Shown: positions 36,852 through 46,922, numbered from the stretch's first letter. The stretch is DNA of 64,000 nt from an uncultured bacterium (GCA_905215775.1 CAJMRM010000011.1:49-64048); one strand, 5' to 3'. Program-made: numbers and translations. Notes: generated from the sequence alone by a model not told the origin.

Positions 36852-38546
36852 TTACATCAGGCGAAACCGCCGGAATACCTGTAAAAGCCGGGTTCCTCCT
36901 GGCATCTGGCGCAGCTCGTCCTCATCCAGACAGCCAAGCTTCACCAGCAGGATCCCGTAAACTGCCATTGCCGCCGCCACGGCTCCCAGGGTGCAGACTG
37001 CGTTGCTGCGGATCCCCAGATGGATAAGTTTATAGACGCCCGCTGCCGCCGCTCCCATGACCGCCGAAGCCGCCGCCGGCAAGAGGATGGTCTTTTTCAC
37101 CTCCTGGCGGTAGCCCAGGATCTTCCGTATGGACCGGTGGTTCAAAAAGCACATGATCACTGCGAACAGGATATTGGCAAATACCATGGAGAAGATCCCC
37201 ATATGGAACACCAGGACCATGACCTCCATGGCCGCCAGATGCAGGACCAGGGCTGCCAGGGCATGGACGATCGGAAGCCGCATCTGGTCAATGCCCTGTA
37301 AAATGGCGTTGGTCACCGTGGACACAGAGTAAAAGACCACGGCAATGGACCCGTACAGGGTCATCTGGACCGCCAGGCTGTTGTCGCCCGAAAACAGCAG
37401 GTCGTTCACCGGCCCCGCCAGGACGGTCAGGCCCACCGCAGACGGAATGGCGATCAGGAGCGAGAAACGGATCGCCGCCGCCACCTTCTTTTTCACCATG
37501 CGCCGGTTCCCGGCGGCCACAGCCCGGGACACCGACGGGATCAGGGACGAGGACAGGGCATTGGAAACAGCCATAGGAACGTTGATCAGAAGGTGGTATT
37601 TTCCTGTATACACGCCCCACTGGGAGATAAACTCCTCCTCCATTCCCAGGGTCTTGAAATTATAGGCCAGGAGTCCGTTGTCCAGAACGCTGTTGACGTT
37701 ATAAATGGCAGAGCTCATCACCACCGGCACCACGGTAAAGAATAAGATCTTTGTGATGGTCCTGTAACTCTCCACAGAGCCGGACCGGTCCCTGCGGACC
37801 TTTTTCCGGATGGTCCTCTGATAAGCGGCAAACAGGAGCAGCAGGAACAAAAGGGCCGTAAACGCGCCGGCTCCCGTTCCGATGGTGCCTCCGGCAGCTC
37901 CCCAGGCATTGGAATAGCCGGACCCGGTCTCTCCCTTCAGGATCTCGACCTTTATGGCCTGGTTAAACAGCCAGCTTCCGGCTCCCACACTGACAATGGC
38001 GTTTACGATCTGCTCGAAAACCTGGGAAAGGGCCGTGGGCACCATGGTTCCCTGGCCCTGGTAATAGCCCCGGAACACGCCCAGATACGCCATGATCCAG
38101 ACCGTGGGCGCCAGGGTTTTTAACGCAAACGCCGCATAGGGCATAAAAAAAACTTCTCTTGCAAAGAAGTCGGCTCCAAACCAGATGACAGCTGCCGCCA
38201 GGGCTCCCACCGCCGTGGCGTAGACCAGGGCTGCCCGCAGGATCCGGACGGAGTTCCGGTACTGCTTCCTGGCCAGCCGGGCAGACACCATCTTTGATAC
38301 GGCCAGAGGAAGGCTGTAGGAGGATAAAAGAAGGGCGATGTTGTACACGTTAAACGCCGTTCCGTAATAGCCCATTCCCTCGTCCCCGATAATGTTGATC
38401 ATGGGGATCCGGTACGCGATGCCGATGATCCTCACCACGATGGAGGCTATGGCCAGGATACTTCCCTGGACCACAAAGTTGGATTCCCCTCCCGTTTTTT
38501 TCGGCCGGGAGCCGGCCTTTTTCCGGCTGGCTCCCCGTTCTCTCAT
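36852..38546 (-). CDS. MOP-superfamily flippase (SpoVB/MurJ-like polysaccharide biosynthesis protein)
   Basis: About 14 TM helices with a basic N-terminus. Start moved to ATG 38546 (AAGGAG 8 nt upstream), which removes the overlap with the DUF3048 gene. Confidence 0.7.
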   Translation of the reverse strand: MRERGASRKKAGSRPKKTGGESNFVVQGSILAIASIVVRIIGIAYRIPMINIIGDEGMGYYGTAFNVYNIALLLSSYSLPLAVSKMVSARLARKQYRNSVRILRAALVYATAVGALAAAVIWFGADFFAREVFFMPYAAFALKTLAPTVWIMAYLGVFRGYYQGQGTMVPTALSQVFEQIVNAIVSVGAGSWLFNQAIKVEILKGETGSGYSNAWGAAGGTIGTGAGAFTALLFLLLLFAAYQRTIRKKVRRDRSGSVESYRTITKILFFTVVPVVMSSAIYNVNSVLDNGLLAYNFKTLGMEEEFISQWGVYTGKYHLLINVPMAVSNALSSSLIPSVSRAVAAGNRRMVKKKVAAAIRFSLLIAIPSAVGLTVLAGPVNDLLFSGDNSLAVQMTLYGSIAVVFYSVSTVTNAILQGIDQMRLPIVHALAALVLHLAAMEVMVLVFHMGIFSMVFANILFAVIMCFLNHRSIRKILGYRQEVKKTILLPAAASAVMGAAAAGVYKLIHLGIRSNAVCTLGAVAAAMAVYGILLVKLGCLDEDELRQMPGGTRLLQVFRRFRLM

Positions 38547-38562
38547 TTCTCTGGTCTCCTTG

Positions 38563-39690
38563 TTACTTCCCATAAATCTCAGCCTTATCATACCGGTCTG
38601 CACCAATGATGCAGATCCAGGTCTTTCCCTTATTTAATGTGATCTCGTTGCCGTCCAGGTCGTAATACCGGGTCACACCGAATTCCCCGTCCTTTTTCCA
38701 GGTGATCTTCTGATATTTCCCGTTGGTGAAATAGTATCCCTCACGGCCCTTATGTACATTGATGTTCAGATACGGAGTAGAGGCATAGTGGCCCCATTCC
38801 ACATATTGGAAGATGATGTTCTTGACTGCGATGAGGCCCTCGTTTCCCTTATGATGGCTTCCGTACTGGAAACGGTGGTACAGGCCGTCCGATTCCTGAT
38901 ACTCAAACCAGGGCTTGTTCATGGGATAGCCGGGAACCACCTTAAAAGCATCATCACTGTCCGGAACGATCTGCTCCTTTCCCCTGGCAAACTGGAAATG
39001 GCCCTCATAGGAATCTCCATAGCCGGTGCGGTAGCCCAGCTTTTCAATGGCCTTATTGATCCGCTCCCCGCTGGTATAGGCGTTATGAGGCGCCTTCCGG
39101 TCCTTGGTGCGGTAATAGGCTGTGCCGCCGATGCCGTCCAGACCATTGATATTGTCCACATTGCTCAGATATTTTTTGGCAAAGGTACTCTGGCCGTAGT
39201 GGGCAAAGATGGCATCGTACTCTCTGGCAAAATAGGTATAGTAGGTGCGGGCGCTCCGGACCGAACCGATCCGGTCCAGGCCGTCGTAGTCCTCGATCAG
39301 AGCCATATACCGGTTCATCTCCCCCTCCACCGGCACCTCATAGACCACTCCGGCCCGGTTGATGCCGTACTGGGGCAGGGACTCCTTGTCATTGCTCATC
39401 ATCACCGCCAGCGGGCGGCGGTTTCCGATGGCCACATCCACCATTTCCCCGGTGAGATAGCTCCGGATCTTCCCGTCCACCTCAATACGCTCCACCGGCT
39501 CCTCCGGTTCCGTTTCCGGCGGCTCCGTTTCCGCCTCGGTCTCCAGGACCACCACCCGGGTGGGCTCGGCCTCCGTTTCCGCTGCCGTGGTCACGGCCGC
39601 CTCCTCATACTTCTTTCCGCACCCGGAAAGAGCTGCCGCCAGCGCAGCCGCCGCCAGCACTGTTATTACCCCTCTGCCATGCCTTTTCAT
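38563..39690 (-). CDS. DUF3048 (YerB-like) lipoprotein
   Basis: Lipobox LSGCG, a Thr/Glu/Ala linker and the conserved core RPLAVMMSNDKESLPQYGINRAGVVYEVPVEGEMNRYMALI. Confidence 0.75.
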   Translation of the reverse strand: MKRHGRGVITVLAAAALAAALSGCGKKYEEAAVTTAAETEAEPTRVVVLETEAETEPPETEPEEPVERIEVDGKIRSYLTGEMVDVAIGNRRPLAVMMSNDKESLPQYGINRAGVVYEVPVEGEMNRYMALIEDYDGLDRIGSVRSARTYYTYFAREYDAIFAHYGQSTFAKKYLSNVDNINGLDGIGGTAYYRTKDRKAPHNAYTSGERINKAIEKLGYRTGYGDSYEGHFQFARGKEQIVPDSDDAFKVVPGYPMNKPWFEYQESDGLYHRFQYGSHHKGNEGLIAVKNIIFQYVEWGHYASTPYLNINVHKGREGYYFTNGKYQKITWKKDGEFGVTRYYDLDGNEITLNKGKTWICIIGADRYDKAEIYGK

Positions 39691-40184
39691 CTCCTGTAAC
39701 CCCTCCGTTCCAGAATTTCCCTCTGTTTTTCCTCCATATCCAGCCGTTCTTCTTCCTCCATATGGTCATAACCGCTCAGGTGGAGCATGCTGTGGGCCAC
39801 TAAAAATGCCAGCTCCCGGGTTTCCGAATGGCCGAATTTTTCTGCCTGTTCCTTTACCTTTTCCACGGAGATCACAATATCCCCCAGCATCAGCTCTCCC
39901 GTATCCGGATTGAAATATTCCTCCGGCGTTTCCTCCAGGCCGTCAAAATCTCCCGGCGTCTCAAAGTCGCACATGGGAAAGGAGAGCACGTCGGTGGGCC
40001 GGTCGATGCCCCGCATGTCCAGATTGATCTGGTGGATCCCCTCATTGTCCGTCAGGATCACGTTGACCTCCGCGTCATACGGACATTCCACATAGTCCAG
40101 AGCCTCCACCACCACATTATGGATGATCTCCTCGTAGGGAACCTCCAGCCGTTCTTCGGCCTCATACTCGATGGTTACTGTCAT
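39687..40184 (-). CDS. ybeY: rRNA maturation endoribonuclease YbeY
   Basis: Zinc motif HSMLHLSGYDH. Start moved to ATG 40184 (MTVTIEYE). Confidence 0.92.
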   Translation of the reverse strand: MTVTIEYEAEERLEVPYEEIIHNVVVEALDYVECPYDAEVNVILTDNEGIHQINLDMRGIDRPTDVLSFPMCDFETPGDFDGLEETPEEYFNPDTGELMLGDIVISVEKVKEQAEKFGHSETRELAFLVAHSMLHLSGYDHMEEEERLDMEEKQREILERRGYRR

Positions 40185-41187
40185 TTCTTCCGTCCCTTCC
40201 GGCCTGGCGGTCCGGCTTTTTTGCACCTTTGCCGCGGGCCTCATATTCATCATATGCCTTTACGATCTTCTGTACCAGCGGGTGGCGCACCACGTCATCG
40301 CTGGTAAAATAGCAGATTCCGATATCGTCGATGTTCTTTAAGATCTTAAGCGCCGTATCCAGTCCGGAAACGGTTCCAGAGGGAAGGTCCTTCTGGGACT
40401 GGTCGCCGGTGATGATCACCTTGGATCCGAAGCCGATCCGGGTCAGGAACATTTTCATCTGGGCCTGGGTGGTGTTCTGGGCCTCGTCCAGGATAATAAA
40501 CGCATTGTCCAGGGTACGGCCCCGCATATAGGCCAGGGGAGCCACCTCGATCAGCCCCTTTTCCGCGTTATGCAGATAGGACTCGGCGCCCATGATCTGA
40601 TACAGGGCGTCGTACAGGGGCCGCAGATACGGGTCGATCTTGCTCTGTAAGTCGCCGGGCAGAAAGCCCAGCTTTTCTCCGGCCTCAATGGCGGGCCTGG
40701 TGAGGATGATCCGGTTCACCTCTCCGCTCTTAAAGGCCTGGATGGCCATGGACATGCCCAGATACGTTTTTCCCGTTCCGGCCGGCCCCACGCCGAATAC
40801 GATCATCTTTTTCCGGATCAGATCGATATACTGCTTCTGTCCCAGGGTCTTGGGCTTTACGGGCTTTCCGTTGATGGTGCGGCAGATGATATCCTTATCG
40901 ATCTCCAAAAGCGCCTCATCCTTCCCCTCAAAGGAAAGGGCCAGGGCATAATCCACATTCTGCTCTCCCACCTCTTCTCCCCTCCTGGAAAGCTCGATGA
41001 GGGTGGAAAAAACGCTTTTGGCCTTCTTTACTGCGTGGTCCGGCCCGATGATCTTGATCTCCCCGTCCCTGGCGATCATGGACACATGGAGCGTCCTTTC
41101 AATCTTTTTTAAATAGCAGTCGAACTGTCCGCAGACCTTCCGCTCATGCTCCGCGGGAATGTCTATGATTGTCTCAATTAAACTCAT
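40162..41187 (-). CDS. phoH: PhoH-family ATPase
   Basis: KH-like N-terminal domain, Walker A GPAGTGKT and Walker B FIILDEAQN. Confidence 0.92.
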   Translation of the reverse strand: MSLIETIIDIPAEHERKVCGQFDCYLKKIERTLHVSMIARDGEIKIIGPDHAVKKAKSVFSTLIELSRRGEEVGEQNVDYALALSFEGKDEALLEIDKDIICRTINGKPVKPKTLGQKQYIDLIRKKMIVFGVGPAGTGKTYLGMSMAIQAFKSGEVNRIILTRPAIEAGEKLGFLPGDLQSKIDPYLRPLYDALYQIMGAESYLHNAEKGLIEVAPLAYMRGRTLDNAFIILDEAQNTTQAQMKMFLTRIGFGSKVIITGDQSQKDLPSGTVSGLDTALKILKNIDDIGICYFTSDDVVRHPLVQKIVKAYDEYEARGKGAKKPDRQAGRDGRNDSNHRV

Positions 41188-42409
41188 TTACTGTCTGATT
41201 CTCCTCATGTTTTTCCGGTATGGGAACAGGCTTTGCAATATCCTCGATCACGGTTACTGTCCCCTGGATCTTCCAGCCGGATTCATCTTTTTCTATTTTA
41301 CCATCATTTGCAAGGATTTGTATACCTTTTTCCTCTAATTTTTCCATATATTCCTCCATATACCGGTCTTTTGCGGCAGAAACCTCCGCTTTTGTATACG
41401 CCCGCTCATAGGGAACGTATTCCAGGGCCGTAACGATCCCCCCATATACCGGCAGATAAAAGTCCTCAAAAAGCTTCAGCTGGCTCTCCTCCATAAAAAA
41501 TTCCCACGGATTTTCCCCGTAAGCCGGCATGAGAAAGTAAAAGGTCCTGCCAAATATACTGAAAAATACCCCGCGCCTGACCCTTCCCGTCCGGCTCCTT
41601 GTCTCGCAGGTCAGGGGAAGCCGCTTTTCCGCTTCATATACCGTCCTTGCGTAGACCTCCGCATCTGCCCGGATCTCATGGGAGGCGGTCAGAGTCTCCG
41701 AATCATCGTAAATGGGGATCGTGCCGCTCACCAGAAGCTCCCCGGCGGCCACCGGATCTCCGGCTCTTACCTTAAGCAGGCCGTTCCGGACCACACACCG
41801 CTCGACGATTCCGTCCTTTTCTGCCGCCAGGTCACAGGGCGTCCGGTCCGGCTCCTCCGGCGACAGCATGGCCTCATTCTCCTTGATCCGCACCGTGAGC
41901 CTGGTCCCGCGGATCTCTGCCGATACCCAGGTGATCTCCGCAAACTGGTTTCTCAGGCTCTCCTCCAGCGCTTCGCAGGAAACCAGGGATTTTCTCATGC
42001 CGCAGGCCACCGGGATCGTTTCCATATAGTGCAGGAGCGTCTGGTCCGTGAACCGCAGGTTTCCCTCAAAGGAAATATCCCATATAAAAAAGGACATTCC
42101 ATAAAGGAACAGGAAAAAACAGACGAATCCGGCGGCCAGAGGCTTCCTCCTCCGGTTCCGGAAAAGGATAAAGGGAAGGCCGTACTTTTTCCGCAAAAAC
42201 AGGCGGACGCCGGCCTTTCTCGCCACCGGCTTCATTTTTTTATAATCCTCCCCTGTGGTCCAGAAAAAAACGCGCCCATCCCGGTCCGTCCCGATCCCGG
42301 TCACAAAAAGCTCCCGGCGGGCCGCAATGTTGAAAAACCGCTCCCGTCCCAGGCCGGTGACCTCCGCCTGCACTCCGCCCTTAAAAAAAAGCCGTCTTGT
42401 TTCCCTCAA
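41174..42409 (-). CDS. yqfD: Sporulation protein YqfD
   Basis: 411 aa with one central TM helix. Sequence pattern and position after yqfC and before phoH match yqfD. Confidence 0.8.
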   Translation of the reverse strand: MRETRRLFFKGGVQAEVTGLGRERFFNIAARRELFVTGIGTDRDGRVFFWTTGEDYKKMKPVARKAGVRLFLRKKYGLPFILFRNRRRKPLAAGFVCFFLFLYGMSFFIWDISFEGNLRFTDQTLLHYMETIPVACGMRKSLVSCEALEESLRNQFAEITWVSAEIRGTRLTVRIKENEAMLSPEEPDRTPCDLAAEKDGIVERCVVRNGLLKVRAGDPVAAGELLVSGTIPIYDDSETLTASHEIRADAEVYARTVYEAEKRLPLTCETRSRTGRVRRGVFFSIFGRTFYFLMPAYGENPWEFFMEESQLKLFEDFYLPVYGGIVTALEYVPYERAYTKAEVSAAKDRYMEEYMEKLEEKGIQILANDGKIEKDESGWKIQGTVTVIEDIAKPVPIPEKHEENQTVNEFN

Positions 42410-42415
42410 AGTCCG

Positions 42416-42694
42416 TCACCCCTCATCAAAGCCGATGGCATCTATTTTTCCCGTGATCTCCATCTCATCCTTGTCATAATAGTGGATCCTCAGGCGCTTC
42501 CCATTGATGGAGAGCCGGTATTTTCCGGCCAGGATCTTTATGTATGTATCTGAATATACCAGGATGCTCCTGTAATTTTCGATCCGAACCATGGACCGTC
42601 CCATGAAGGTCAGAACCATCTCTCCCCGGCAGGCGTCCAGCGGAAGTCCCAGGGACTCTGCCAGTCCGCTCATCCCGTCCCGTTTCCTTTTCAA
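42416..42694 (-). CDS. yqfC: YabP/YqfC-family sporulation protein
   Basis: 92 aa with a YabP-like beta-rich core (MVRIENYRSILVYSDTYIKI...ITGKIDAIGF). Confidence 0.8.
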   Translation of the reverse strand: MKRKRDGMSGLAESLGLPLDACRGEMVLTFMGRSMVRIENYRSILVYSDTYIKILAGKYRLSINGKRLRIHYYDKDEMEITGKIDAIGFDEG

Positions 42695-42743
42695 ATCCTG
42701 TCCCCGCCTTTTGCAGATTCATGCTACTATATGCAGTTCCGGA

Positions 42744-42781
42744 CAAAAAAAGAAGATATCCCTGTTACGGAATATCTTCTT
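42744..42781 (-). terminator. Intrinsic terminator of rpsU
   Basis: The minus strand reads AAGAAGATAT-loop-ATATCTTCTT followed by TTTTT. Confidence 0.75.
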
Positions 42782-42803
42782 CATTACGCGTTTCATTCAA
42801 TGA

Positions 42804-42980
42804 TTAGTTGTATTTACGCTTTCTTGCCGCTTCAGACTTTTTCTTACGTCTTACGCTGGGCTTTTCATAATGCTCTCTTTTACGAATCTCCTGCTGAATA
42901 CCAGCCTTTGCGCAGTTTCTTTTGAATCTGCGTAAAGCACTGTCTAAGCTCTCGTTATCTTTAACAATTACGTTTGACAT
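42804..42980 (-). CDS. rpsU: 30S ribosomal protein S21
   Basis: Not in the ORF track because it is 58 aa. My translation is [58 protein letters not shown], preceded by GGAGGGAGG. Confidence 0.95.
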   Translation of the reverse strand: MSNVIVKDNESLDSALRRFKRNCAKAGIQQEIRKREHYEKPSVRRKKKSEAARKRKYN

Positions 42981-43056
42981 CGCTCACACCTAACCTCCCT
43001 CCAGTTGTGTAATTGTGCATAATACAACTGTTTGGGTATTTTTTAGCACTGGTATG

Positions 43057-43084
43057 ATTATATCATAAATTACACATTCGTCAA
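43057..43084 (-). promoter_or_regulatory. Candidate sigma-A promoter of rpsU
   Basis: The minus strand reads TTGACG (43079..43084), N16, TGa-TATAAT (43057..43062). Confidence 0.5.
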
Positions 43085-43135
43085 TAGATTTTTTTGGAAT
43101 TATGAAAAATTTGTAAAAAACTGGCTGATGCCGGG

Positions 43136-45775
43136 TTATCTTACCTGGGATTCTACGGTTTCGGCCACCTTTGCCAGGGCCTCGTCCACGCCTGCCGGGT
43201 TCTTTCCGCCGGCCTGGGCCATGTTGGGACGGCCGCCGCCGCCTCCTCCCACCAGGCCCGCAATGGCCTTAATGAGGTTTCCGGCATGGGCTCCCGCCTT
43301 CTGGGCTCCGTCGGTGGCTGTGGCCATCAGGCTCACCTTTCCGTCCAGGACGGAAGCGATGACAATAACGCCCTCGCCCAGCTTCTCCTTTAACTGGTCG
43401 CCCAGGTTCCGCAGGCCGTTCATATCCACTCCGTCGGCACGGACTGCCAGGACCTTCACGCCCTTAACCTCCTGTACCTGATCCATCACATCGCCCATGG
43501 CCTCCTTGGCGAGTTTGCTCTTCAGCTTCTCGTTTTCTGAGTGGAGCGCCTTGATCTCCTCTAACATTGCCTCGATCTTTGCAGTCAGGGCTCCCGGAGT
43601 CGTCTTGGCTGCCGCCGCCGCCTCATGGAGCTCCTTTTCGGTTTCAGCATAATGGGCCATGAGTCCGTCGGAGGTCAGCGCCTCGATCCTTCTCACTCCG
43701 GCCGCGATCCCTGCCTCAGACAGGATCTTAAAGGAGCTGATGGAGGAGGTGTTGGCCACATGGGTCCCGCCGCAGAGCTCTGTGGAGAAATCTCCCATTC
43801 TGACTACCCGGACCGTTTCTCCGTACTTCTCTCCAAACAGGGCCATGGCGCCTGTCTTTTTCGCGTCCTCCAGACTCATCTCATCCGTCACAACAGAAAG
43901 ACCTGCGTGGATCTCTCTATTTACGATCTCCTCCACCTTTTTGATCTCCTCGGAAGTCATGGCGGAGAAATGGGTAAAGTCAAAGCGGAGACGGTCTCTG
44001 GTCACTAAGGAACCGGCCTGCTCCACATGATCTCCAAGCACCGTCCTGAGGGCTTTATGGAGTAAGTGGGTGGCGCTGTGGTTTCTGGCCGTTAAGGCGC
44101 GGTTCTCCTCGTCCACTTTTAAGGTCACCGTATCCCCGGTCCTGAACATTCCCTTGGTCATCACACCCACATGGCCGACCTTGCCGCCCTGGAGATGGAT
44201 CGTGTCCTCCACGGCAAACTCGCCGTTTTCCGATACGATCACGCCGGTATCGGCCTGCTGGCCGCCCATGGTTCCGTAGAACGGGGTCTCCTCCACCAGG
44301 ATGGTTCCCCTCTGGCCGTCCGTCAGAGCCTCCACGATCTCATCCTCGGTGGTCAGCACTGTGATGGCGGAATCATGGACCAGACGGTCATAGCCCACGA
44401 ATTTCGTGGTGACAGCCGGATCGATGGACTGGTAGACGGTCACGTCTGCGCCCATGTAGTTGGTGGTCTTTCTGGCCTTTCTGGCCTTTTCTTTCTGCTC
44501 CTTCATACAGGCGGCAAAGCCCTCTTCGTCCACCTGGAAGGACTTCTCCTCCAGGATCTCCTTTGTAAGATCCAGCGGGAAGCCGTAGGTATCGTAAAGC
44601 TTGAAGGCATCCGCACCGGAAAGGGTATTGGAGCCGCTCTTCTTCATCTCCTCTTCCATATCGGAAAGGATAGCCAGGCCCTGGTCGATGGTCTTATTGA
44701 ACTTGTCCTCTTCCTCTGTAAGGACCTTAAAGATCATCACCTTCTTCTCCTCCAGCTCCGGATATCCGTCTTTGGATAAGGCGATAACTGTATCGGAAAG
44801 GTTGGCTAAGAACTTTCCTTCGATCCCCAGCTTTCTTCCATGGCGGGCAGCCCGGCGGAGCAGACGGCGGAGCACATATCCGCGTCCCTCGTTGGAGGGC
44901 ATGATCCCGTCGGAGATCATAAAGGTGCAGGATTTAATATGATCCGTTACGATACGCAGGGAAACGTCTGTTTCATAGTCCTTCTGGTACTCTTTTCCAG
45001 CCAGCTGGCATACCCGGTCCAGAAGCGCCTTGTTGGTGTCGATGGTGAACAGGGAATCCACATCCTGGACCACCACAGCCAGACGCTCCAGGCCCATGCC
45101 GGTATCGATGTTCTTCTGGGCCAGCTCCGTATAATTTCCATGGCCGTCGTTCTCAAACTGGGAGAACACGTTGTTCCATACCTCGATATAGCGGTCGCAT
45201 TCGCAGCCTACGGTGCAGTCCGGCTTTCCGCAGCCATACTTTTCTCCCCGGTCATAATAGATCTCAGAGCAGGGGCCGCAGGGACCTGCTCCGTGCTCCC
45301 AGAAGTTGTCCTCTCTTCCAAAGCGGAAGATCCTCTCTGCGGGAACTCCGATCTCCTCGTTCCAGATCTTAAAGGCCTCCTCATCGTCCAGGTAGATGGA
45401 CGGATAGAGCCGGTCGGGATCCAGGCCCACCACCTGGGTCAGGAACTCCCAGGACCAGTGGAGGGATTCGGTCTTAAAATAATCTCCGAAGGAGAAGTTT
45501 CCCAGCATTTCAAAGAAGGTGCCGTGACGGGCGGTCTTTCCGATATTCTCGATATCGCCGGTACGGATACACTTCTGGCAGGTACATACCCTGCGCCTGG
45601 GCGGGATCTCCTGGCCGGTAAAATAGGGCTTTAAGGGAGCCATACCGGCGTTTATAAGAAGTAAGCTGTTGTCGTTATGCGGAACAAGGGAGAAGCTCTT
45701 CATAGCCAGATGATCCTTGCTCTCAAAGAATTCAAGGAACATTCTCCTCAGTTCATTCACACCATATTTCTGCAT
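43136..45775 (-). CDS. alaS: Alanine--tRNA ligase
   Basis: 879 aa with a class II core, editing-domain HSATHLLH and CGGTH, and a C-terminal DHHA1-like domain with a GGGGG tract. Confidence 0.97.
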   Translation of the reverse strand: MQKYGVNELRRMFLEFFESKDHLAMKSFSLVPHNDNSLLLINAGMAPLKPYFTGQEIPPRRRVCTCQKCIRTGDIENIGKTARHGTFFEMLGNFSFGDYFKTESLHWSWEFLTQVVGLDPDRLYPSIYLDDEEAFKIWNEEIGVPAERIFRFGREDNFWEHGAGPCGPCSEIYYDRGEKYGCGKPDCTVGCECDRYIEVWNNVFSQFENDGHGNYTELAQKNIDTGMGLERLAVVVQDVDSLFTIDTNKALLDRVCQLAGKEYQKDYETDVSLRIVTDHIKSCTFMISDGIMPSNEGRGYVLRRLLRRAARHGRKLGIEGKFLANLSDTVIALSKDGYPELEEKKVMIFKVLTEEEDKFNKTIDQGLAILSDMEEEMKKSGSNTLSGADAFKLYDTYGFPLDLTKEILEEKSFQVDEEGFAACMKEQKEKARKARKTTNYMGADVTVYQSIDPAVTTKFVGYDRLVHDSAITVLTTEDEIVEALTDGQRGTILVEETPFYGTMGGQQADTGVIVSENGEFAVEDTIHLQGGKVGHVGVMTKGMFRTGDTVTLKVDEENRALTARNHSATHLLHKALRTVLGDHVEQAGSLVTRDRLRFDFTHFSAMTSEEIKKVEEIVNREIHAGLSVVTDEMSLEDAKKTGAMALFGEKYGETVRVVRMGDFSTELCGGTHVANTSSISSFKILSEAGIAAGVRRIEALTSDGLMAHYAETEKELHEAAAAAKTTPGALTAKIEAMLEEIKALHSENEKLKSKLAKEAMGDVMDQVQEVKGVKVLAVRADGVDMNGLRNLGDQLKEKLGEGVIVIASVLDGKVSLMATATDGAQKAGAHAGNLIKAIAGLVGGGGGGRPNMAQAGGKNPAGVDEALAKVAETVESQVR

Positions 45776-45792
45776 GGTCTTTTGCCTCCTGG

Positions 45793-45912
45793 TTACTGTT
45801 TATTTCTTCTGTCTCTGAATTTTTTCCCGCAGACAACGCCAAAGAAAGCGGCGGCCCCAAGGATCAGGAACTTTCCTGCGGTTTCTATAAAAGCAGCGAA
45901 TAATGCGGTCAT
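45793..45912 (-). CDS. 39-aa hydrophobic small protein co-transcribed upstream of alaS
   Basis: MTALFAAFIETAGKFLILGAAAFFGVVCGKKFRDRRNKQ. An AGGAGG lies 5 nt upstream of the ATG, and the stop is 17 nt before the alaS ATG. The longer track ORF (to 45975) has no RBS. Confidence 0.45.
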   Translation of the reverse strand: MTALFAAFIETAGKFLILGAAAFFGVVCGKKFRDRRNKQ

Positions 45913-45988
45913 AGACTCCTCCTTTTCCGGCTGTCCTTCAGATTCAGACGCCTGTGCATGATTCAAATGGCACATTTATATACAGTAT

Positions 45989-46017
45989 ATCATAATCTCA
46001 AATCCCCAGATATGCAA
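45989..46017 (-). promoter_or_regulatory. Candidate sigma-A promoter of the small-ORF/alaS unit
   Basis: The minus strand reads TTGCAT (46012..46017), N17, TATGAT (45989..45994), just downstream of the terminator at 46036..46066. Confidence 0.45.
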
Positions 46018-46035
46018 GAAGAAAATTCAAATAAT

Positions 46036-46066
46036 AAAAACCGGGGCTGGAAGCTCCCCGGTTTTT
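46036..46066 (-). terminator. Intrinsic terminator after the DUF1311 gene
   Basis: AAAAACCGGGG-loop-CCCCGGTTTTT. It is symmetric, so it can act in both orientations. Confidence 0.75.
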
Positions 46067-46067
46067 A

Positions 46068-46922
46068 TCATGATCCTGAAGCCGCCCCATCCGGCGTCCG
46101 CTCCAGGATCTCTTCATATTCTTCCATCAGCTCGTAGCATCTGGCCCGCGTTTCCTCCGCCATGGCCTTTCTGGACTCCAGAGTCTGGTTCTGGGGTACC
46201 GCCGACGCGTCCGCCGCTTTGGAAGCCGCCTGGTCCCTCTCCTTCATCCATTCCAGCTCCGAGATCCGCAGGGCCTCCGCCTCCTCCCCGGACATCCTGG
46301 CCCGGATGGAGCCGTAAACCAGGTTCAGCTCCTTGTCCCACAGGCTCCAGAGCTGCTCTGCCGCCGCATAGGCGGAAACGGCGTTCTCCTCTTTCAGACT
46401 CCCCTGGTACTGCCAGGACAGCTCCCTGGCCTTTTCCAGGCGGTCCTCCAGCTCTTCTTTTGTAAATACACTCCTGGCCTCCGCGATCTCCTGTCCGGGA
46501 GCCGAAGCCTCTGAAGGCACCGCCGGATCCAGAGGGGATTTTACCGTTTCTGCTGCGGCCATATCCGCCTCTGCCTCCGGCATCCCTGTTTCATCCGTTT
46601 CCTGCTGCTCCGCCGCTGTCTCCGGGGCGGCCATGGCCGCCCGGGGCGCCGCCGGACCGTTTCCTCCTGCTGTCTGGGGGGCTTTTTCCGCCCTTTCCCG
46701 GCCGCCTGCGTCCGCCGGTTCCATCATCCTCTTTAGGGAAGCCTCCGGTACGGATGCTTCCCTGGGCACAGATATCTGTGCCCCGCGGATCTCCGTTTCC
46801 GTTTCGGCCGCCATGGCGGCCTCTGTGCTCTCCCTCACATAGCTGCTGGTAACGCTGGTCGTAAGGATCCCGGCAGCCAGGATACAAAGGACTGTGAGCC
46901 ACATTCCATTCCGTCTGTTCAT
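46068..46922 (-). CDS. Membrane-anchored protein with C-terminal DUF1311 (LprI-like) domain
   Basis: N-terminal TM helix and a long Ala/Glu/Pro low-complexity region. The C-terminal segment is LWSLWDKELNLVYGSIRARMSGEEAEALRISELEWMKERD...RARCYEL. Confidence 0.6.
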   Translation of the reverse strand: MNRRNGMWLTVLCILAAGILTTSVTSSYVRESTEAAMAAETETEIRGAQISVPREASVPEASLKRMMEPADAGGRERAEKAPQTAGGNGPAAPRAAMAAPETAAEQQETDETGMPEAEADMAAAETVKSPLDPAVPSEASAPGQEIAEARSVFTKEELEDRLEKARELSWQYQGSLKEENAVSAYAAAEQLWSLWDKELNLVYGSIRARMSGEEAEALRISELEWMKERDQAASKAADASAVPQNQTLESRKAMAEETRARCYELMEEYEEILERTPDGAASGS

